From: Macrostomum lignano
Lineage: Eukaryota
DNA: 64,000 bases
Direction of reading: 5' to 3'
Assembly: GCA_002269645.1 (NCBI GenBank)
Contig: NIVC01000910.1
Span: 260,944-324,943 of the forward strand
Under the pieces are notes generated by a model. That model was not told the origin of the DNA, ran no database searches, and was given only the letters and a program-made list of their open reading frames with translations. A program made the position numbers and the translations under genes. Each line of letters begins with the position of its first letter. The stretch's first letter is position 1. Below are positions 1 through 15,915 of the stretch, piece after piece.

Positions 1-3000
1 GAAGCACCATTCTTTGTATTCGTGAGACCACGGTCCACAATGCTGAGCACTACTCATATTCAATTTGCAAAGTATTATTTGTCGGCCGTATAAGTTTAGG
101 GCGCTCACAGTCGCTTATTGTGCTTCAGGCGTGCTTGCCCTTGTTTTTGAAACACTGTCGTACACATTTTTATTATTCTCAAAATTCTGAATGACTTGTG
201 CTGCTACAATCTGCGCATTTGCTGTTACTTTAATGATTTTCAACATTTAGTCTTTCTCTCCTAGGACTGAGTTTCTTCGTAGCTATATGATAGTTATGCA
301 TTTTAAGCGGTCCAGTACAAAGTCTAACGAGTCTCGTCTCTTCCTTTACTAAGCTTTACTTGAGTCTGCTGACCCTGCCCCAACTCAAAGTGGCATTTCT
401 TTCATTTTCTTTCTTTCTCTCAAAGTTACTCTCAGTGCATTTTATAACCCACTGCTAAACTCCCTTCAACCTCCACCCACAATTCTTGGACAATTAGTCT
501 TACTGGCTGGAGTTTTTCTGGAGAAATGGAAATGACAAAAAATTGTTTAACTCCCTGACTCCCCGTAGTAGTTAACACGCACAGCGACAGCGGTTAGGGC
601 GGGGTTAGCATAGCCCACAGGTGTTAGCTAGTAAATATTGTGCTGCCAGGTTAAACTTTCTTGTAGGCAAGCTTTGCTATGTGTACGAAGTATAGCAAAA
701 GATTATAGCAAAGTCAGGTGGTTTTGTTAAATGTTCACTGTAGCACCATTTATACTCTTTACACTGTGTTTGGTTGTTTTCGAAATTGGAACTTATGAAA
801 TTATCAACTAGTCGAATGGACGCTTTCAATGTCTAGCAGTAACTAAAGGATTAACCTATTGTTACTCTCATAACCTACATGTAGAAGATGTAGAAGAGTC
901 AGTCTTTCAGAAGCTAAAATGAAATAAAGTACCATAAATCGCAGTGAATGCTCCTTTCTCCCATCCTTTGTGGATTCTTAAGGCTTTTCTAAGTCAGTCG
1001 ATGTCGTGATTGGGACATGTGAATGTTTTAACTATATTAGCTCATATATTCTGTTAAAATATGCGTGCATAGTACACAGGTTTAGTATATGTGGTAGATC
1101 AGAGTACGTCCAAGAAAAGCTCTTAGACTGAGAATACGGCGAATGTTCTAATTAGCTAGTTGTGCAGTCTGGCCCAAAGACTGCAGAGGCTTTTTGCTTT
1201 GTAATGTGCGGACATGACACGGAATTGGAGAAATTCAATTTGCTGCTGCTCAATGGATAGCATAAAGTCTTTGCTTTTAGCACATATATTTTTGCGCTTT
1301 TTACGCTCATTATGGGCCGTTGCAGTCTCTTGTGAGTTTGATTCACCAAGGTAAATAATGCATTGCAACTGCAAATGCAAAAATGTGTATGTATTTTGAC
1401 TGGCACATACAATCAAAGGTAGATAGAATAACAGAAAGGCAAGATAAATAAACCAGGAGCTACTGATAAAAGCTAAGCTTCTGCTTTCAACTCCGCTTCG
1501 ACACAATCGCCCCTGCATAGATGCAATCACTACTGTGCGAATATTCATAATACACTGTCTTTCCTTCCATCTGTCAAAGTACAACCAACGGAGGGTTTTA
1601 TTGCCGCAGCCTTAGTCGAAAAGATCCTGCTGGGCTGGCTGGCTGAATGACTGGCCGGACGCGATTGAAACTTGGGAAATGGAATTGGGCTCAGCGGCAG
1701 TTCGGTGGGTTGGTCTAGGGCTAATTTGCATCATCCCTAGATATTATATGTATACTAAATAGTAAACCCAGCGGGCAGCCCAGTTGCTGTTGGTTGGCTT
1801 AGATCAAGTAGAAGCAACTGTGTCGCTTGCAGCTTCGCTTAGCTCTTCGCCTTGCTTTACCTCCTTGCTGAACCGTTGGGTTTCTTGTACTTTATTCAAC
1901 TGTGTTCAATGCTGCCACTACTGGCATACATATGGAGGATCGCTAGGCGCCATAAATACATGGACAGAGAGACGTCTATTCTCGCCGTTACTGAAACGAA
2001 ATTGACCCCCCCCCTGCAGCTGCTGCCGGGACAGCGGGATGAAGCAGCTGCTGTGTAATCCACTGTTGCCGCTGCCGCCACATACTAAACCGAGCATAGT
2101 GTCAGTGTGCCGCCGCTCTATACTTTGTCGTTGGGGAGTGGCGGTTGGTCTTACACACCGGAGGCTATTTTGCAGTCTAACGATGCGCCTAGAACCTATT
2201 AGAGGATAGGAAAACAAGGGTGGAACGAGCTAACTTTTCTCGTTCTCTCAGTGGCTCTTTATCTCTGCCTGGTTTTGCCTTTAGGTAGATTCTCGCTTTT
2301 ACACCTAGTGGTTAATTAGCACTTCCTATGTACCCTTTAACCCTAAGCTATCTTTTATTGGTAGAAAGCATTGAATTGAGCTTATCTCAGTAGCTTTTGT
2401 ATTCTTGTGTTTCGGTAAGTGCTAGGCGTACCGATAGAGCTTACAGGTTTTGTTCTATGAAATAACAAATATCTGGTATGGTATTTTTTTTTATTTATGC
2501 AAATTTTTATTGACAGCGGGTCTGGTACAGTGGTACAGGACTAAAAATTAGAAAATTTGTGCGACTTTCCTAAGAATGTTGAAACTTTTTACCATGTTTA
2601 ATAATAAAAAAACATAATTTGAGTTACCCGCGGGTTCTCCGATTCTTGGAATGAAACAAACTCAATCCATAATTTGCCAATGGATTGACTCGTTCGCATT
2701 GACACGCAACTGTTTCTTCTGCTACTTGTCTCTCAGCTACTGGCCTTCATTTCCTGTGCGCTTCTCCTAAATCCTTGGTCTCAAAAAGGGCAAAGCTATT
2801 TGACGTCTCGTTTATCCTGCTTCTATATTCCCCGCGTGTGACCTCGAGGGCCTCTTATGTCCTTCTTCCGCCTCTGTGTCGCTAGTTCCCTTTGGAATCC
2901 CGTTGACAGTTAAGCACGAGTATATTTACTTGCGTATAAGTGAATGCGTATTCGCGTCGGCTAATCCTCGAACAGGAACAGACGGTCTTATACGGGCCGC

Positions 3001-6000
3001 GATCTCCTGGGACCGGACCGTACCCGGAAAGGGCCAATCGATCGGTGGTCTCTCTCCTTTCCTCTTTTCCTGCTTTCGTTCTCTCTCGCTAGATCTGAGT
3101 AGCTGCAGCAGTTTTTTGGTACACTTCAAATAGTATAAATTGCACTGCCATATATAAGTTGCAGTTCTGGCCTATATTCATCTGGTCAGGAATGGGGCGG
3201 GCACTTTTCTTGCGGATTAGAATAGAGCAGCAAATGCTGAATTAAATATTCAGCAGCGCGTGGATTTTGACAATGCTTAGTAAAATCCTAGCTAAGGGAT
3301 GCGTTAGATTTTGCCTACCACTTGAGCTGAGCGTGTTCACAAGTTTTTTTCAGTCCTAAAATTGTTTCAATGCAGACCAAAGCATTGATAATGCTTCAAT
3401 TTTAGTGATCACTTCCTAATATTAAAATCTAACAATATATACGAACATGCCCTGACCAGAATGTAACAGTATGATAGTCAACAGAAATTCTGATTAGTGA
3501 AGCCTGATTTCGAAGATCGATTTTTCTGTAAGCTTCCTAAATATCGGCCCACTTTAGCTATCGACCAGTTAGTTGACACTGTTATGGGCGCGAATCTGCT
3601 AAATTAAGTCAATCGAATGAGTCGAAATTAGTTTAAGGAATTTGCTGCTTCTGATCTGAACAATCTGCGACTGGCTCTGATTGACTGAAGCCGAAATCGC
3701 TAATTTGCACTTTACCTTTTTGGCGCAATAAAATTTGCATCGAATTTATGCTCAAGTCATATGAGTATAGTCTACACTGGGCCCTTATAGCCCATTCCAC
3801 CATATAGCTTGCTTTGATATATGCAGGTCTTGCATGCCTACTTATAATTCTATCTTCAGTTTGAGTGTCCTATTAGATAAGCCAATACTAAGCTATACTG
3901 AGCGTGGATATTGGCATTCGCTACACTCAATCTGATGTAGAATTGTGGTTGTTTTTAATGGAAAAAGATGCAAATATCCCAAGCATGCTACTTGCAGTGA
4001 TGTTGTGGATAAACTCACGTTATTTAAGCGAGCAGGCCTATGAAAAGCAGCCAGAAATGAAGAGTTAGATAGATGGTCAAGTATAGAATGGCCACAGTGG
4101 GATTTGACCGACTTGGCCATCTCTGATTGGTCCGTGCAGACTGGATTAGTGATACAGCGATCCACGAGTGGGTTAGCTGCAGCAATTAGGGATTGGCCCA
4201 CCTCGGACACCCAAGCCTCTTTAATAACTATAAAGTGTGCCACTCTGCGTGTGGCCCATTGCCATGTATTATACACGGCAGCCGGTTTGAAATAATTCAG
4301 TGCGAGCCAGCTGGTAAATGCCAGATGCTCCCGCTATTCATCTTTTGTAATAAGCAGCCTAAACAGGAGACGCCATCGGTTGCGCATTGTACACTTAGAA
4401 GTTATTTTTAGCTTGGCTTAAAGGCATGCCGGACATAAGCAATTGCTGCCAGCTTTACCGGCTAAGCATCTCTTGTCAATAAGCGTTTAGAATCCTCGTG
4501 TTTGTAATCTGTTTTCTCGCCTAGGATTAACTTGGTAGTTTGCATCTCTTTTCTATCGACATGGGTGAAAAGCCGCTAGTCAGCAGCAGCAGAATCTTGT
4601 CGGCATGGTTGCTTTGCATCGAATGCATGGCTGCCGGTGAGTAAACCATGTGCCGACAGTAATGATGGATGTAGATATTTAAAAAGAGGTTGATTAAGTT
4701 CAAGAGCGTATTATAGATGTGTCGCACAATGCATAGCTTTACAGAATTATAGCATGCATCGATTTTAGTGTTGGTTTCAATGCGGTACTGCTTTTTCATT
4801 TGATTGACCTGCTGGCGGCGGAAGTTAGACGAGAAGGGCCGCTCATACAATATACATGCAATGGGAATCGCACGCTGTACTCCCCTCCCTCCTTCCCACA
4901 CTGCACGTCTCTCAGCATGGCTTGGTTGCAGTCGCATGCGAGCAACTTTTACCTTAGTACGCATATGAGAGTTTGGCTGTGCAGAAACTGGTCAACAGCA
5001 TATCGCCTGATGCCTGGCCGGATCTGGTTGAGCTTAATTTTGAGCTGCGCATGCTTTAGGCATACTAAGAATTAATGCGGGTGGCTGTGCAGCTAAATGG
5101 TGCGCCGTTTGGACGGAATAAAATAATGAGCCGATAATTCTGCATTGCTGGGCCAGAGGGGGTGTACGGCGCTTTTTATACGTGGCTGCAGTGGCGGCAG
5201 GAGCGCTGGCTAGAAAGTGAACGGCTTAGGAAGAGAGAAGAGAATTTAGCTCGCCTCTCAATCAAAGACTCAATCGAACAGTTTGCGCGCCGAGCTTCAT
5301 TCTCGGATAAAAGAAAGTCCTCAATCAATTCCTGCATGGCATCAAAAAATATGCGTGAGTTTGGCCTGTCTTCGGTTCTGGCGCGTGCGCCCAGTCAGTG
5401 CTGCAGGTTGTTCGCTTTACTTGGGCAAGAAGAGGGGAGCAAAAAGAGAGGCTGAATCGCCGTCGATGCTGGACTGTCGGGTTTCGTACTGTTGAGAGGC
5501 ATAATCAGGTTACGTAGTAAAAATGTACCCTCAACGGCTTAGTCAGTCCCCCGGGGGGAAGAGGCAGGTTCGGCGAGACAAAATTCAATCATTCCTGCGC
5601 CTCGGCTTAACTCCTTGTCGAACTGTACACACGCGACATGCACGCACGCGGCCGGCTTTACTGGGCCAGAGGGGCCTACATATGAGGGGCCTTGGAAAAC
5701 ATTGCAAATTGAACTGGGGTGCCAAAATAGAAATTGTAAGGATGGGTCAGCTGCTCTGACGAGGTTTTGTTGGGCTCAATAAAAATGTCCACTGGGAGTC
5801 CGGAGTTGTCCTGCAAGATACGCCGTCTTTCTTTAACTACTGAGTCCACTCTATGCGAGTCTAGCCGCATTCGTAACCACTGCAATTTAGGTACTTTGTG
5901 TTTCTCTTCAGCCTGGATACCACAAGAAATAGCTTGTACACGGCCTTTATTATGACCCTATCTTTGTTAAACAACGGGCTTGCACTCAATTAATAAAATT

Positions 6001-7595
6001 CTTCGCATTAGTTACTATACGAGCTAGAAAAAAGAGCTGATTTCCGATTCGAAGTCAGTTCTTTTTGGTCGCAATTCCAGCAAGGTGTCTTACATGCACT
6101 TCTCCAGTAATTTCAAGCTTGGACTAACCAATAGTCGCAGATCTTTGGCTGACAAACTAACTTTTTATCTTCTGATTTCATCAGATTTCCAGCCCTACGT
6201 GAGCAGCGTAAGATCATTTAGCTTTTACCGCCGACTAATAAATCTTTTATTGTGTGTACGCATTGCACCGTCATCTATAATTAATACTCGTTAAGGGATA
6301 CTTCGTACACTGAGTTGTAGTACACCCTTGTGACCAGTTGTTACAACCGTTCACTTGCACAAAACAACACGCAAGTTTGATTACACTCGCCGTTACCTGA
6401 ATAGACCTCTGGTTGGATAGTACGGTGTAGCATAATCCTCCATTCCCTATCTGCGATCGGTGAAAGCTTAACTGCCGAGCCTCGTCGGGGCTCGCTCTGA
6501 TTGATTAGTTTGGCGGGGCTTAGGCGGGCAGCTCGACAGGAGCAACTGGATCGGTGCATTCTCCTCCGCGGCGTTTTCCTTGTTTTGCGGCGCGGGAGAG
6601 ACCAGACGCTGCGGGAGCACTGAGGACAGGTTGATGCGACATTCCCGGTGGGAGATTAACAAGCCGCTTGCTTGTTAGTGTCGGATTTCGGTCAAATCGA
6701 ACCTGGGATGAACAACGGTGTCGGAGTGCAGGGGGGGGGCAGCTTATAAACTTGCTCCTACTCATATCTGCCGTGTTTTGTATGATAAACATTTTTCCTG
6801 TATAGAAACCGTCATCTGGATTTATAAAGCTTTCACAATTTTGATAAGAAACTTATATATAACTAAAGCTAAGCATCTTCTTACAAGTGTACACAAAGTG
6901 CAGTTTATACTTTATCTAGCAACAGCAATAGTCGGACGAAGAGATCCATTAAAATTCTGCTGACATTTGACAGAGATAAATTGCCCTTTGCTACCTACCC
7001 TAGGGAGTCTCCGGTGCCACTGTCAATTTCAATATGCCACTTGGAGGTTGAAGAAGACCTTATGTATAACCGGAACATTTACAGATTGACTTAACCAGCA
7101 GTTACATGCAACGAGTTTAAATATTTTTTCTGTGCATTAGTATGGTGTAGGCAATGAGTGCCAAAATTGGTACAACTAGTACTTTGATTCCGGTAAATCA
7201 TGTTCCTAGTTTAGATTACCACTGGCCGAAATCATATATACTGAGCAAAATAGAGAGCGTATGCCCTCTCCTGTGCTGCCCACTCTTGTGGGGCAACTTT
7301 AAGCAAAACAAACCGTCAGATATTTTGCAGGGGCGCGAAAGATCGGGGAGCAATAAATCCCGCCTCGTTCGCCGAAGCCGATTAACCCCCGCCCTACAGT
7401 TGACTTCAGAGGTCCTGCGGTGCTTCGAAATCCATCATTGCAATTAATTATCTTTTTGCAGATTCCATTAGGACAGTATTGGGTTTTAATTAGACAGTAT
7501 TAGCAGTACTCCCTGTACTGCTAATCTGCTGGTTGAGTTCCCGATAAGGGCTTAAAAAAACTGAGTTTGAAACTGTTTAAACTGTTTGGGATTAA

Positions 7596-8327
7596 CCCCA
7601 AATCCGTCTCTCGATTTATCCCAAAACTGGCTCTAGATTCACCCCAAAACCTCTCGATTTACCTCAAAACTGGCTCTAGATTCACCCTAAAACATCTAGA
7701 TTTACCCCAAAACTGGCTCTAGATTCACCCTAAAGCCTCCAGATTTACCCAAAACTGGCTCTAGATTCACCCCAAAACCTCTCGATTTACCCAAAACTGG
7801 CTCTAGATTCACCCTAAAGCCTCCAGATTTACCCAAAACTGGCTCTAGATTCACCCTAAAGCCTCCAGATTTACCCAAAACTGGCTCTAGATTCACCCTA
7901 AAGCCTCCAGATTTACCCAAAACTGGCTCTAGATTCACCCTAAAGCCTCCAGATTTACCCAAAACTGGCTCTAGATTCACCCTAAAACATCTAGATTTAC
8001 CCCAAAACTGGCTCTAGATTCACCCAAAAACATCTAGATTTACCCCAAAACTGGCTCTAGATTCACCCTAAAGCCTCCAGATTTACCCCAAGACTGGCTC
8101 TAGATTCACCCTAAAGCCTCCAGATTTACCCCAAAACTGGCTCTAGATTCACCCTAAAGCCTCCAGATTTACCCAAAACTGGCTCTAGATTCACCCTAAA
8201 ACATCTAGATTTACCCCAAAACTGGCTCTAGATTCACCCTAAAACATCTAGATTTACCCCAAAACTGGCTCTAGATTCACCCTAAAGCCTCCAGATTTAC
8301 CCAAAACTGGCTCTAGATTCACCCCAT
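7596..8327. repeat. Minisatellite, 42-43-bp unit (dimer of 21 bp)
   Basis: aaaactggctctagattcacc + ctaaagcctccagatttaccc repeated. Confidence 0.95.
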
Positions 8328-9007
8328 AGCTGTCTCGGGACTTCATTCCAAAACTCCAACACCTTTAGTTGCGTCAGGGGAATACATTTTGTGCGCCCGA
8401 TTTGAAAAGTTTTAACCAAACCCCGGAGAGAGAAAGAACACGTGATAGCTAGGCAGTAAAAGCATCCAAAACTAACCGATACTTGCTTTGTTGTTTTGCG
8501 CCGGAATTCGCCGCTTTTACTGCCGTCTTTTTCTTTATTATTATTAGTTCCTGCCGTGTCTACCTGCCTTCTGTCTGACTCCGAGGCTGAAACTTGGTGC
8601 AGACTTATCTTTATTATCCCGCAGCTAATATCCCATTTCTCCAGGACTTAACGCTATCGCGCCTCCGTATCGATTTGTTCCCCTATATGTGCGCTCGTAG
8701 TTTTGTTCGGATATAATAATGCGCCATTCGGGACTCGCTAAGCCGTCGGGGTAATCTTGAACCCGTCCATAATTGGCATGCTATTCTTAATAGAACTGAT
8801 ATATTTCTGCATAAAACTTTGTACGCCTATTCTCCGGGAAACATCATTTGGCCTCTTTTCTGGAAGTCATCACTAGGCTTCTTCTTTAAAAATTGAACCA
8901 AAATATTTTGGAATTTCCCGTTGACGAAAGCCTATTAAAAGAACTCTAAAACCACAGATTCTATATTATCTGTGTCACATTGTGCTCTAAACTGCATAAA
9001 AAATCCC

Positions 9008-9301
<294 letters not shown>

Positions 9302-10127
9302 CGGTTGTTCACTCAAAACACATTTGCGGCAATATTCTGTGATGGACAATAGACAGTGAACCGTTTTTGGAAAAATATACTTCAAGTCACTAATTTGCCT
9401 GCCTTTCCATGCTTACGAGCTATTAAAGCTGCCGTATCGCTGCAAGTTAATAAACCTGAGTGGCTATTTAAGTGTTGCGTCTAGTACTGCAATCAGACGT
9501 ACGAGCCATATTAGAGCCACCCATCGTCATAAATCATAAATGGGTGTCCCAGCGGAGCTGTTTTATTTGCAAAAGTGACGCCGGGTTGCGCTGCGGGGCT
9601 GCAGGATTAAAGGCAAAGTCCTACAGGTGGCATCCGCCTCTTAATCCGCCTCCTATTTCCACTCCGCTGCTCTCCATATTAGCTTCATCTGCTATCTGAC
9701 GGTGCTAAAAATTCAATCAAATACGGCCGTATATGCAGGCGCTATCCGACGGGCTTTAAATTTCAAACAGGTCCGCTCTCCGTTCTCGCAGGGAATTCAA
9801 ACCCGCTGTTGTTGAGAAGCCGTGCAGTGGACTTCAATGCGCCAGTCAGCCTTCAGTCGCGTTGGCCCTTAGGATCTGCATTGGGTTTTGCTGCCTTGCA
9901 CAAATGCCATTAGCCTTGTTAAGCTGCCGGGTGATGCGAGAAGAAGGAGGGGCTCTCTAACTAGGCACTGGGATTCTTCCTCCGCCTTTTCCTTTCGGGC
10001 ATCAGGTTGACACTGGGATTAACGTTCAATTAGGCAAGTGTGCTCCTCCCGGCCTTGTTTTCTTAATATAGACTCCTAGGGTTGCCCGCTGTCTGACTGT
10101 CTGCCAGCGCCATCTACCTATCCGGCC

Positions 10128-10128
10128 G

Positions 10129-10213
<85 letters not shown>

Positions 10214-10216
10214 TTG

Positions 10217-10303
<87 letters not shown>

Positions 10304-10338
10304 GTCTATCTATATATCTATCCATCTATCTATCTGTG

Positions 10339-10405
<67 letters not shown>

Positions 10406-10468
10406 TTATCTTTCTATCTATCTATCCATCTATCTGTCTATCTATCTATCTTTCCATCTATCTGTCTG

Positions 10469-10539
<71 letters not shown>

Positions 10540-10540
10540 G

Positions 10541-10623
<83 letters not shown>

Positions 10624-10624
10624 G

Positions 10625-10663
<39 letters not shown>

Positions 10664-10664
10664 G

Positions 10665-10702
<38 letters not shown>

Positions 10703-10745
10703 CATCTATCCGTCCATCCATATATCCGCTCACCCATCCATCCAT
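10128..10745. repeat. (TATC)n microsatellite
   Basis: Seen directly. Confidence 0.98.
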
Positions 10746-11698
10746 CCTGTCTTAGAACTGTCTTTCTGTCTGGCTTAGACTGCCCCTCTGCCCTTCAACG
10801 TCTGTCTGCCTAAATGTCTGTCTATTTGTCTGACTCTGTTCATCCCCTTCGTTTCATCGTTTCTAAATTTTCTAGAAAATCGAATTAATTGATGCCCTCC
10901 ATCATCGCTCAGAGCACTAATGACTCCTCCCATTCATTCTGCTGCCACACCACAAGTGTCCCAGGGCAAGTGCTGGTCAATTGGGACCGCAGAATTTTGA
11001 GCAGTTTCAGTCCGAGTGAGCGCGTGCCTGTGCCTCTGCGGCTTTTCAAGTTCTAAGAAATCGGAGTTCCGCCCTAATCCCAATTCCTGACTCGCTTTGG
11101 CCTTCATTATGCGGCACACTTCAACCCCAATTATTGTTGTGACTTTATCTCCCCAGAATCTCTCCTTGCTTTGACTGCCGCAATCCTTAGTTTTTCTCTT
11201 TGTTGAAGTTAGATTTGCATTTGCAGACAGAAATTTTTAAATTACATTGTGCTAATTAAAATGAAAATGTGACAATGTAAAAACACAAAATTGATGAACA
11301 GTTAAAGTAAAGTTAGCCTACGTATATGCTTGTAACCGTTCTGAAAATTCATCACAAGACAAATCAAGTGTACCTTCAAGGAATCTTCCATGATCGCCTC
11401 GTTCCCAGGAACCTATAAGTTATAAGACGGACATCCAAATTTTAAAGCCTGTAGAACAAAGTCTGACAGGTGATAACTGAACACCAAGGTCTGCTGCTGT
11501 ATAGTTAACTATAAGTTAAAGCTAAGCAGTTCTTGAATTATGCTGGCTCTCAATCTTTGACAAAGCTCTGTGGCCATAAGTTGCAAGTTTGCCTGTCCAA
11601 TTCTTGCTGGCTTGACTCTCAGTCAGAAATTTGCCTGTTGTCTATGGCCCAGCCTATCTGTATGCTATCATATTGCAGTTAAAATTAATAAAATTCAC

Positions 11699-11890
11699 AG
11701 GAGGGCTGTGGACTCCCTGGCGCAACGCCTTCCCACAAACCATCGAGCACATCCAAGCGCGCCAATGCTGTACTCAGGCACGCACTCATACACTCGCTCA
11801 CACAGGGTGTACAGCAGCCCTGACTTTCTAATCTTGGGGTCTCTCTGTACCTTGGGGATTGGCCCTCATGGGTGTGAATCGTTTACCCCT
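11699..11890 (-). mobile_element. Dispersed repeat family X (hAT-like MITE fragment), copy 1
   Basis: Reverse complement of 15745-15915; left end caggagggctgtggactccctggcgc is TIR-like. Confidence 0.7.
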
Positions 11891-13284
11891 GAGCTGCTCC
11901 GCCCCCTTCTTAACAATATTTTCCGTAGAGTGTTTCACGCTTCTTTTTTGGGGGACAGACAAAACTGATCACTCACGGTTGGCGCAAACAGTGTGCCCGG
12001 CAGAGAACACGGTCACTTCGCACTATCCATGCAGCTTTTAAAAGTCCGTTTACCCGAGCCGCTGCTGCGCGCGGAGATAAATATTGCCTAAGCCCAGCGA
12101 CTGGCGGTAGCGATATCGGACTGAGATTAACAATGACCCGCCGGCTTTGCATTAATTAATACGAAAGCCTGGCCGGGTGGGACCAAGGCGGGGGGCAGCC
12201 TGTGAACAAAAACACAGCCGCAGCTGCTGTGCTATGTATGGCTAAAGTGCTTGCCAGGCTGTGCAGCTCGCCTAAACTGGTCCAACATTACTTTAGTCAG
12301 CTAAAATAGTGCCGATGCTGCACTAACGGTACCGTGTATTCATATTTTAGTTATGTGGAACACGATCCAGTCTCTAACTTGCTAATTAGACTTTGGAAAA
12401 TCTGTTCGCACCTTTTCTCTTCACATTGTTTCACCTTTCATTCACGCGCCAGCGGGTATTCAGTGTGTTTTATGGCTAGCTGAATATTTTTATCCCATCA
12501 TCCAATTTTACTCCCGTGCGGCACGCTGCAGGACCCGAACTTTCTGCGCCTGAACTCGCCTCGCCGTATTGGTCAATAAATTATAAACGCGGCGATGGGC
12601 AATTTTTACCTTTCCTTTTACTTTTGTATTCTTGGCCATAGTAGCCATTTGCTCAGAGTTCCCCGTCTGCCTCATCTCTGTCTGTGTTGGTCAGTTCGAC
12701 CTCGGCCAGCATTCCAGCATATATCATTAAGACGCCCATGCATGTAGTAGAAAATGAAATTTAAGGCCGCATTCGCTTTTCCCTTGGTCTAACCGTAATA
12801 ATATTGAATTAGGCGGCTATGCATGTAAATCCGGTCGGTCTGGGGCATGCTGTACAGCAGGCTTGATTTCCTGGTCCAATTTGGGCCCCTCATCAAGCCA
12901 TACTGCATTAAACTGCACCATATCAGGCTTAATAGCCGGGCTTCCTGTGCCCGCGTTGCCTGTATGATCAATTATTATATCGATTGCCGAAGTTCGTGCA
13001 GCTGCGTTATTGGCGCTCTGATGGCGACGGTTGTAGCCGCAATCAGCATAACTGCGGATGATGCGGCGCGTAGTTCTCTTGCTTTTTGTGAGTCAATTTA
13101 ATCCTTTTAGTAGGTCCACATGCGGTCTTTGTATGTTTTGCCAATTCTTTCAGCTATGACTCTTCTATAAAATTGCTCTCTGCAACTCTTTATCTTGAGT
13201 TAATATCTTAGACACCTTTTGGCCTTTCAGACCCCAATTTTGGCATTTATTATGACTCTAATTTTTTACTTTTGCACTCCAATT

Positions 13285-13760
13285 TTCCGCCTCTGACACC
13301 CATTTTGACACCTCGGACACCCATTTTGCCAATTGCCACCTTCGACATCCGTTTTGCCACCTCGAACACCCCATTTTGCCACCTCCGACACCCATTTTGC
13401 CACCTTCGACAACCCTTTTGCCATCTCGGATACCCATTTTGCCACCTCCGACACCCATTTTGTGATATCGGACACCTATTTTGCCATCTCGAACACTCAT
13501 TTTGACAGCTTGGACACACAATTTGCGATCTCGGACACCCATTTTGTTATCTCGGACACCCATTTTGTCATCTCGGACACCCATTTTGTCATCTCAGACA
13601 CCCATTTTGTCATCTCGGACACCCATTTTGCCATCTCCGACACCCATTTTTCATCTCAGACACCATTTTATTATCTTGGACACCCATTTTGTTATCTCGG
13701 ACACCCATGTTGCCATCCCGGACACCCATTTTGCCATCTCGGACACCCATTTTGGCACTT
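13285..13760. repeat. Minisatellite, 21-bp unit
   Basis: ggacacccattttgccatctc repeated. Confidence 0.95.
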
Positions 13761-14424
13761 ATGACGCTTATTTTGACATTTTGGGAAAGCCTATTTGGCT
13801 TCCTTGGCGCCCATTTGAGCGCCAACTACGACATTGCACTATTCATATTTACTCGCATCTTTGTCAACTAAGCGCATGCTTCCTGTCTTCTTGAATTTAC
13901 GTATGCCGAAGGAATTTGCAAGAAAAAACTTTCAGCTGGCTTTTAGCCCTCTTTATATGAGGGTACGTGCTTGTCTAATCGCTGGGGTGTGAAAATTTGG
14001 AAACTTAAAACGAGGACTTGAACTTAAAATAGAAGTGGCCTCTTTAAGTGTCAAAGTGTAAAAAAATGGTGTCGTTGGCATAGTAGCTGGGCGCTGAGTG
14101 TCCTCTAGAAAGGATTAGAGCGCAGTCTCGTACTTTAATTCTTCTCACCTGGCTGTGCTTCAGCTTAAAACATATCGTAGATTTACTTGACTGTTACACA
14201 TATGTGTAATGCATATAGCTTTTGCTGGCCTAATTTTTCCATGTTTGTCTGGCAAAATTAGCGCATGCGCGTGTTTGAATAACTGTGCTATCCTGGGTGG
14301 TAGGACAAATACCTGTCGCCGCTTATAATGCATCCAAAAGCTCTCGTCGTCCATGCAAAATTTTCCTTTGCTGCCTTTCTCGACTCGATTTCTAATTTGT
14401 TTTTCTAGAGGGTTGTGGCGGTGT

Positions 14425-14640
14425 GTCATCTCATCGTTCTCTTGTAGCAGAGGTTCCGGGTTCGATACCAGGTGCTGGCCACGTTAGACACTTTGATTTC
14501 CCAATATCAGCCTACAAGAATCTACCCGTTAGCCTTAGTGTAAGTTTTATGTGCGTGCCAAATAACGAGAAATTCACGGCAGCGGTACCCATCGTCTGTG
14601 TGCCTGGGTAGGACGGTTTTATCGAGGTAAACCTGACTCC
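14425..14640 (+). mobile_element. Possible second SINE family fragment
   Basis: B box GGGTTCGATACC in a tRNA-like context; single copy in the window. Confidence 0.3.
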
Positions 14641-14644
14641 AGGA

Positions 14645-14848
14645 AGAGATGCTGAGATACCAATGATCACGGTAGAGATGCTGAGATACCAATGATCACG
14701 GTAGAGATGCTGAGATACTAATGATTACGGGGGAGACGCTGAGAGGCCAATGATCGCGGTAGAGATGCTGAGAGGCCAATGATCGCGGTAGAGATGCTGA
14801 GATACCAATTATCACGGTAGAGATGCTGAGAGGCCAATGATCGCGGTG
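14645..14848. repeat. Minisatellite, 29-bp unit
   Basis: ggtagagatgctgagataccaatgatcac, about 7 copies. Confidence 0.95.
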
Positions 14849-15744
14849 TGCTAGTATACGTATAACTAAACTACATTAGAAGCGTGTATTATACAAAGCT
14901 TCTTTATCTGTGGTCGAGTGAGGCTTAAATGCTTTTCAGAAAGCTTTCGTGGTAACTTTCTGCGCTAATAAAGTTTTCTGGCTCTATTCCAGTCTGTCCA
15001 GATGTTCTTTGTAAAAGTCCCTACCACACAGGGTTTGAAGCTCTCGTACTTCTCTTTCACTTTCCCCTCTTTCTCCTCCCAGTGACAGTTTATTACAGAT
15101 GGCTTGGCTTTAACAAAACTCTAACTTTTATCTGACCAAGCAGCCATGAAATATTATTTCCCAGTGTGCCCGAGGCCTTCGATCTACATAGATCCCCTTA
15201 GTAACTACATCGGTCGGGGCGACGTATGTAACATTCCGCTTATGTGCGATTTGCTGCAGTGGGAGAAAAGTTTATTTTTGTGTGGGAGGGCGGCGGCTTC
15301 AACCATGCGCGGGTATTTTAATATGAATTGCTGAATTCCGGAGCTTCATTTGCTTCTATCTGTTTATCTTCGTCTCTGACACTTATTGCCTGTTTTTGAC
15401 TGTCCCTCTCTTTGAAATATTGCGTCTGAATGAGCTGCATCTCTAGCAGGCATCGCTGAAATGCATCTCTTGCATCCTTGAGCATGCTCAAGGGCTTCTG
15501 GACAGCTGCGGCTGAATTCTTTGAGCATCTCTGGCTGCTTTAAAGTTGCTCACAGCTGATCTTTGACAGCTTACTTGCGGCTCAGGGTCGTATTTTGGTC
15601 TTTTGAGTATCCCTGTACATGTACAATATTTAAATGAGGCTTTTTCTTCAACTACCGAGCACCTCGTAGGTGCGCGCCTGACTTTCGTGTCACAGACCCA
15701 TGGTTCGATTCCGTGTCCGACTGCATCAATCTGTGTACAAAAAT

Positions 15745-15915
15745 TGACCGGGGTTGTCGTTCGATTCACGACCATGAGGACCAACCCCAAATGCACAGAG
15801 AGTGTACATGCCTGGTGATTAGAGAGTCACAAGGGCCGCTGTACACCCTGTGTGAGCATGTGTATGAGTGCGTGCCTGCGTACAGTATTGGCGCGCTTGT
15901 ATGTGCTCAGGAGTG
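15745..15915 (+). mobile_element. Dispersed repeat family X, copy 2
   Basis: Shares gggccgctgtacaccctgtgtgagc...gtgcgtgcctg...ggcgcgcttg with the other copies. Confidence 0.7.
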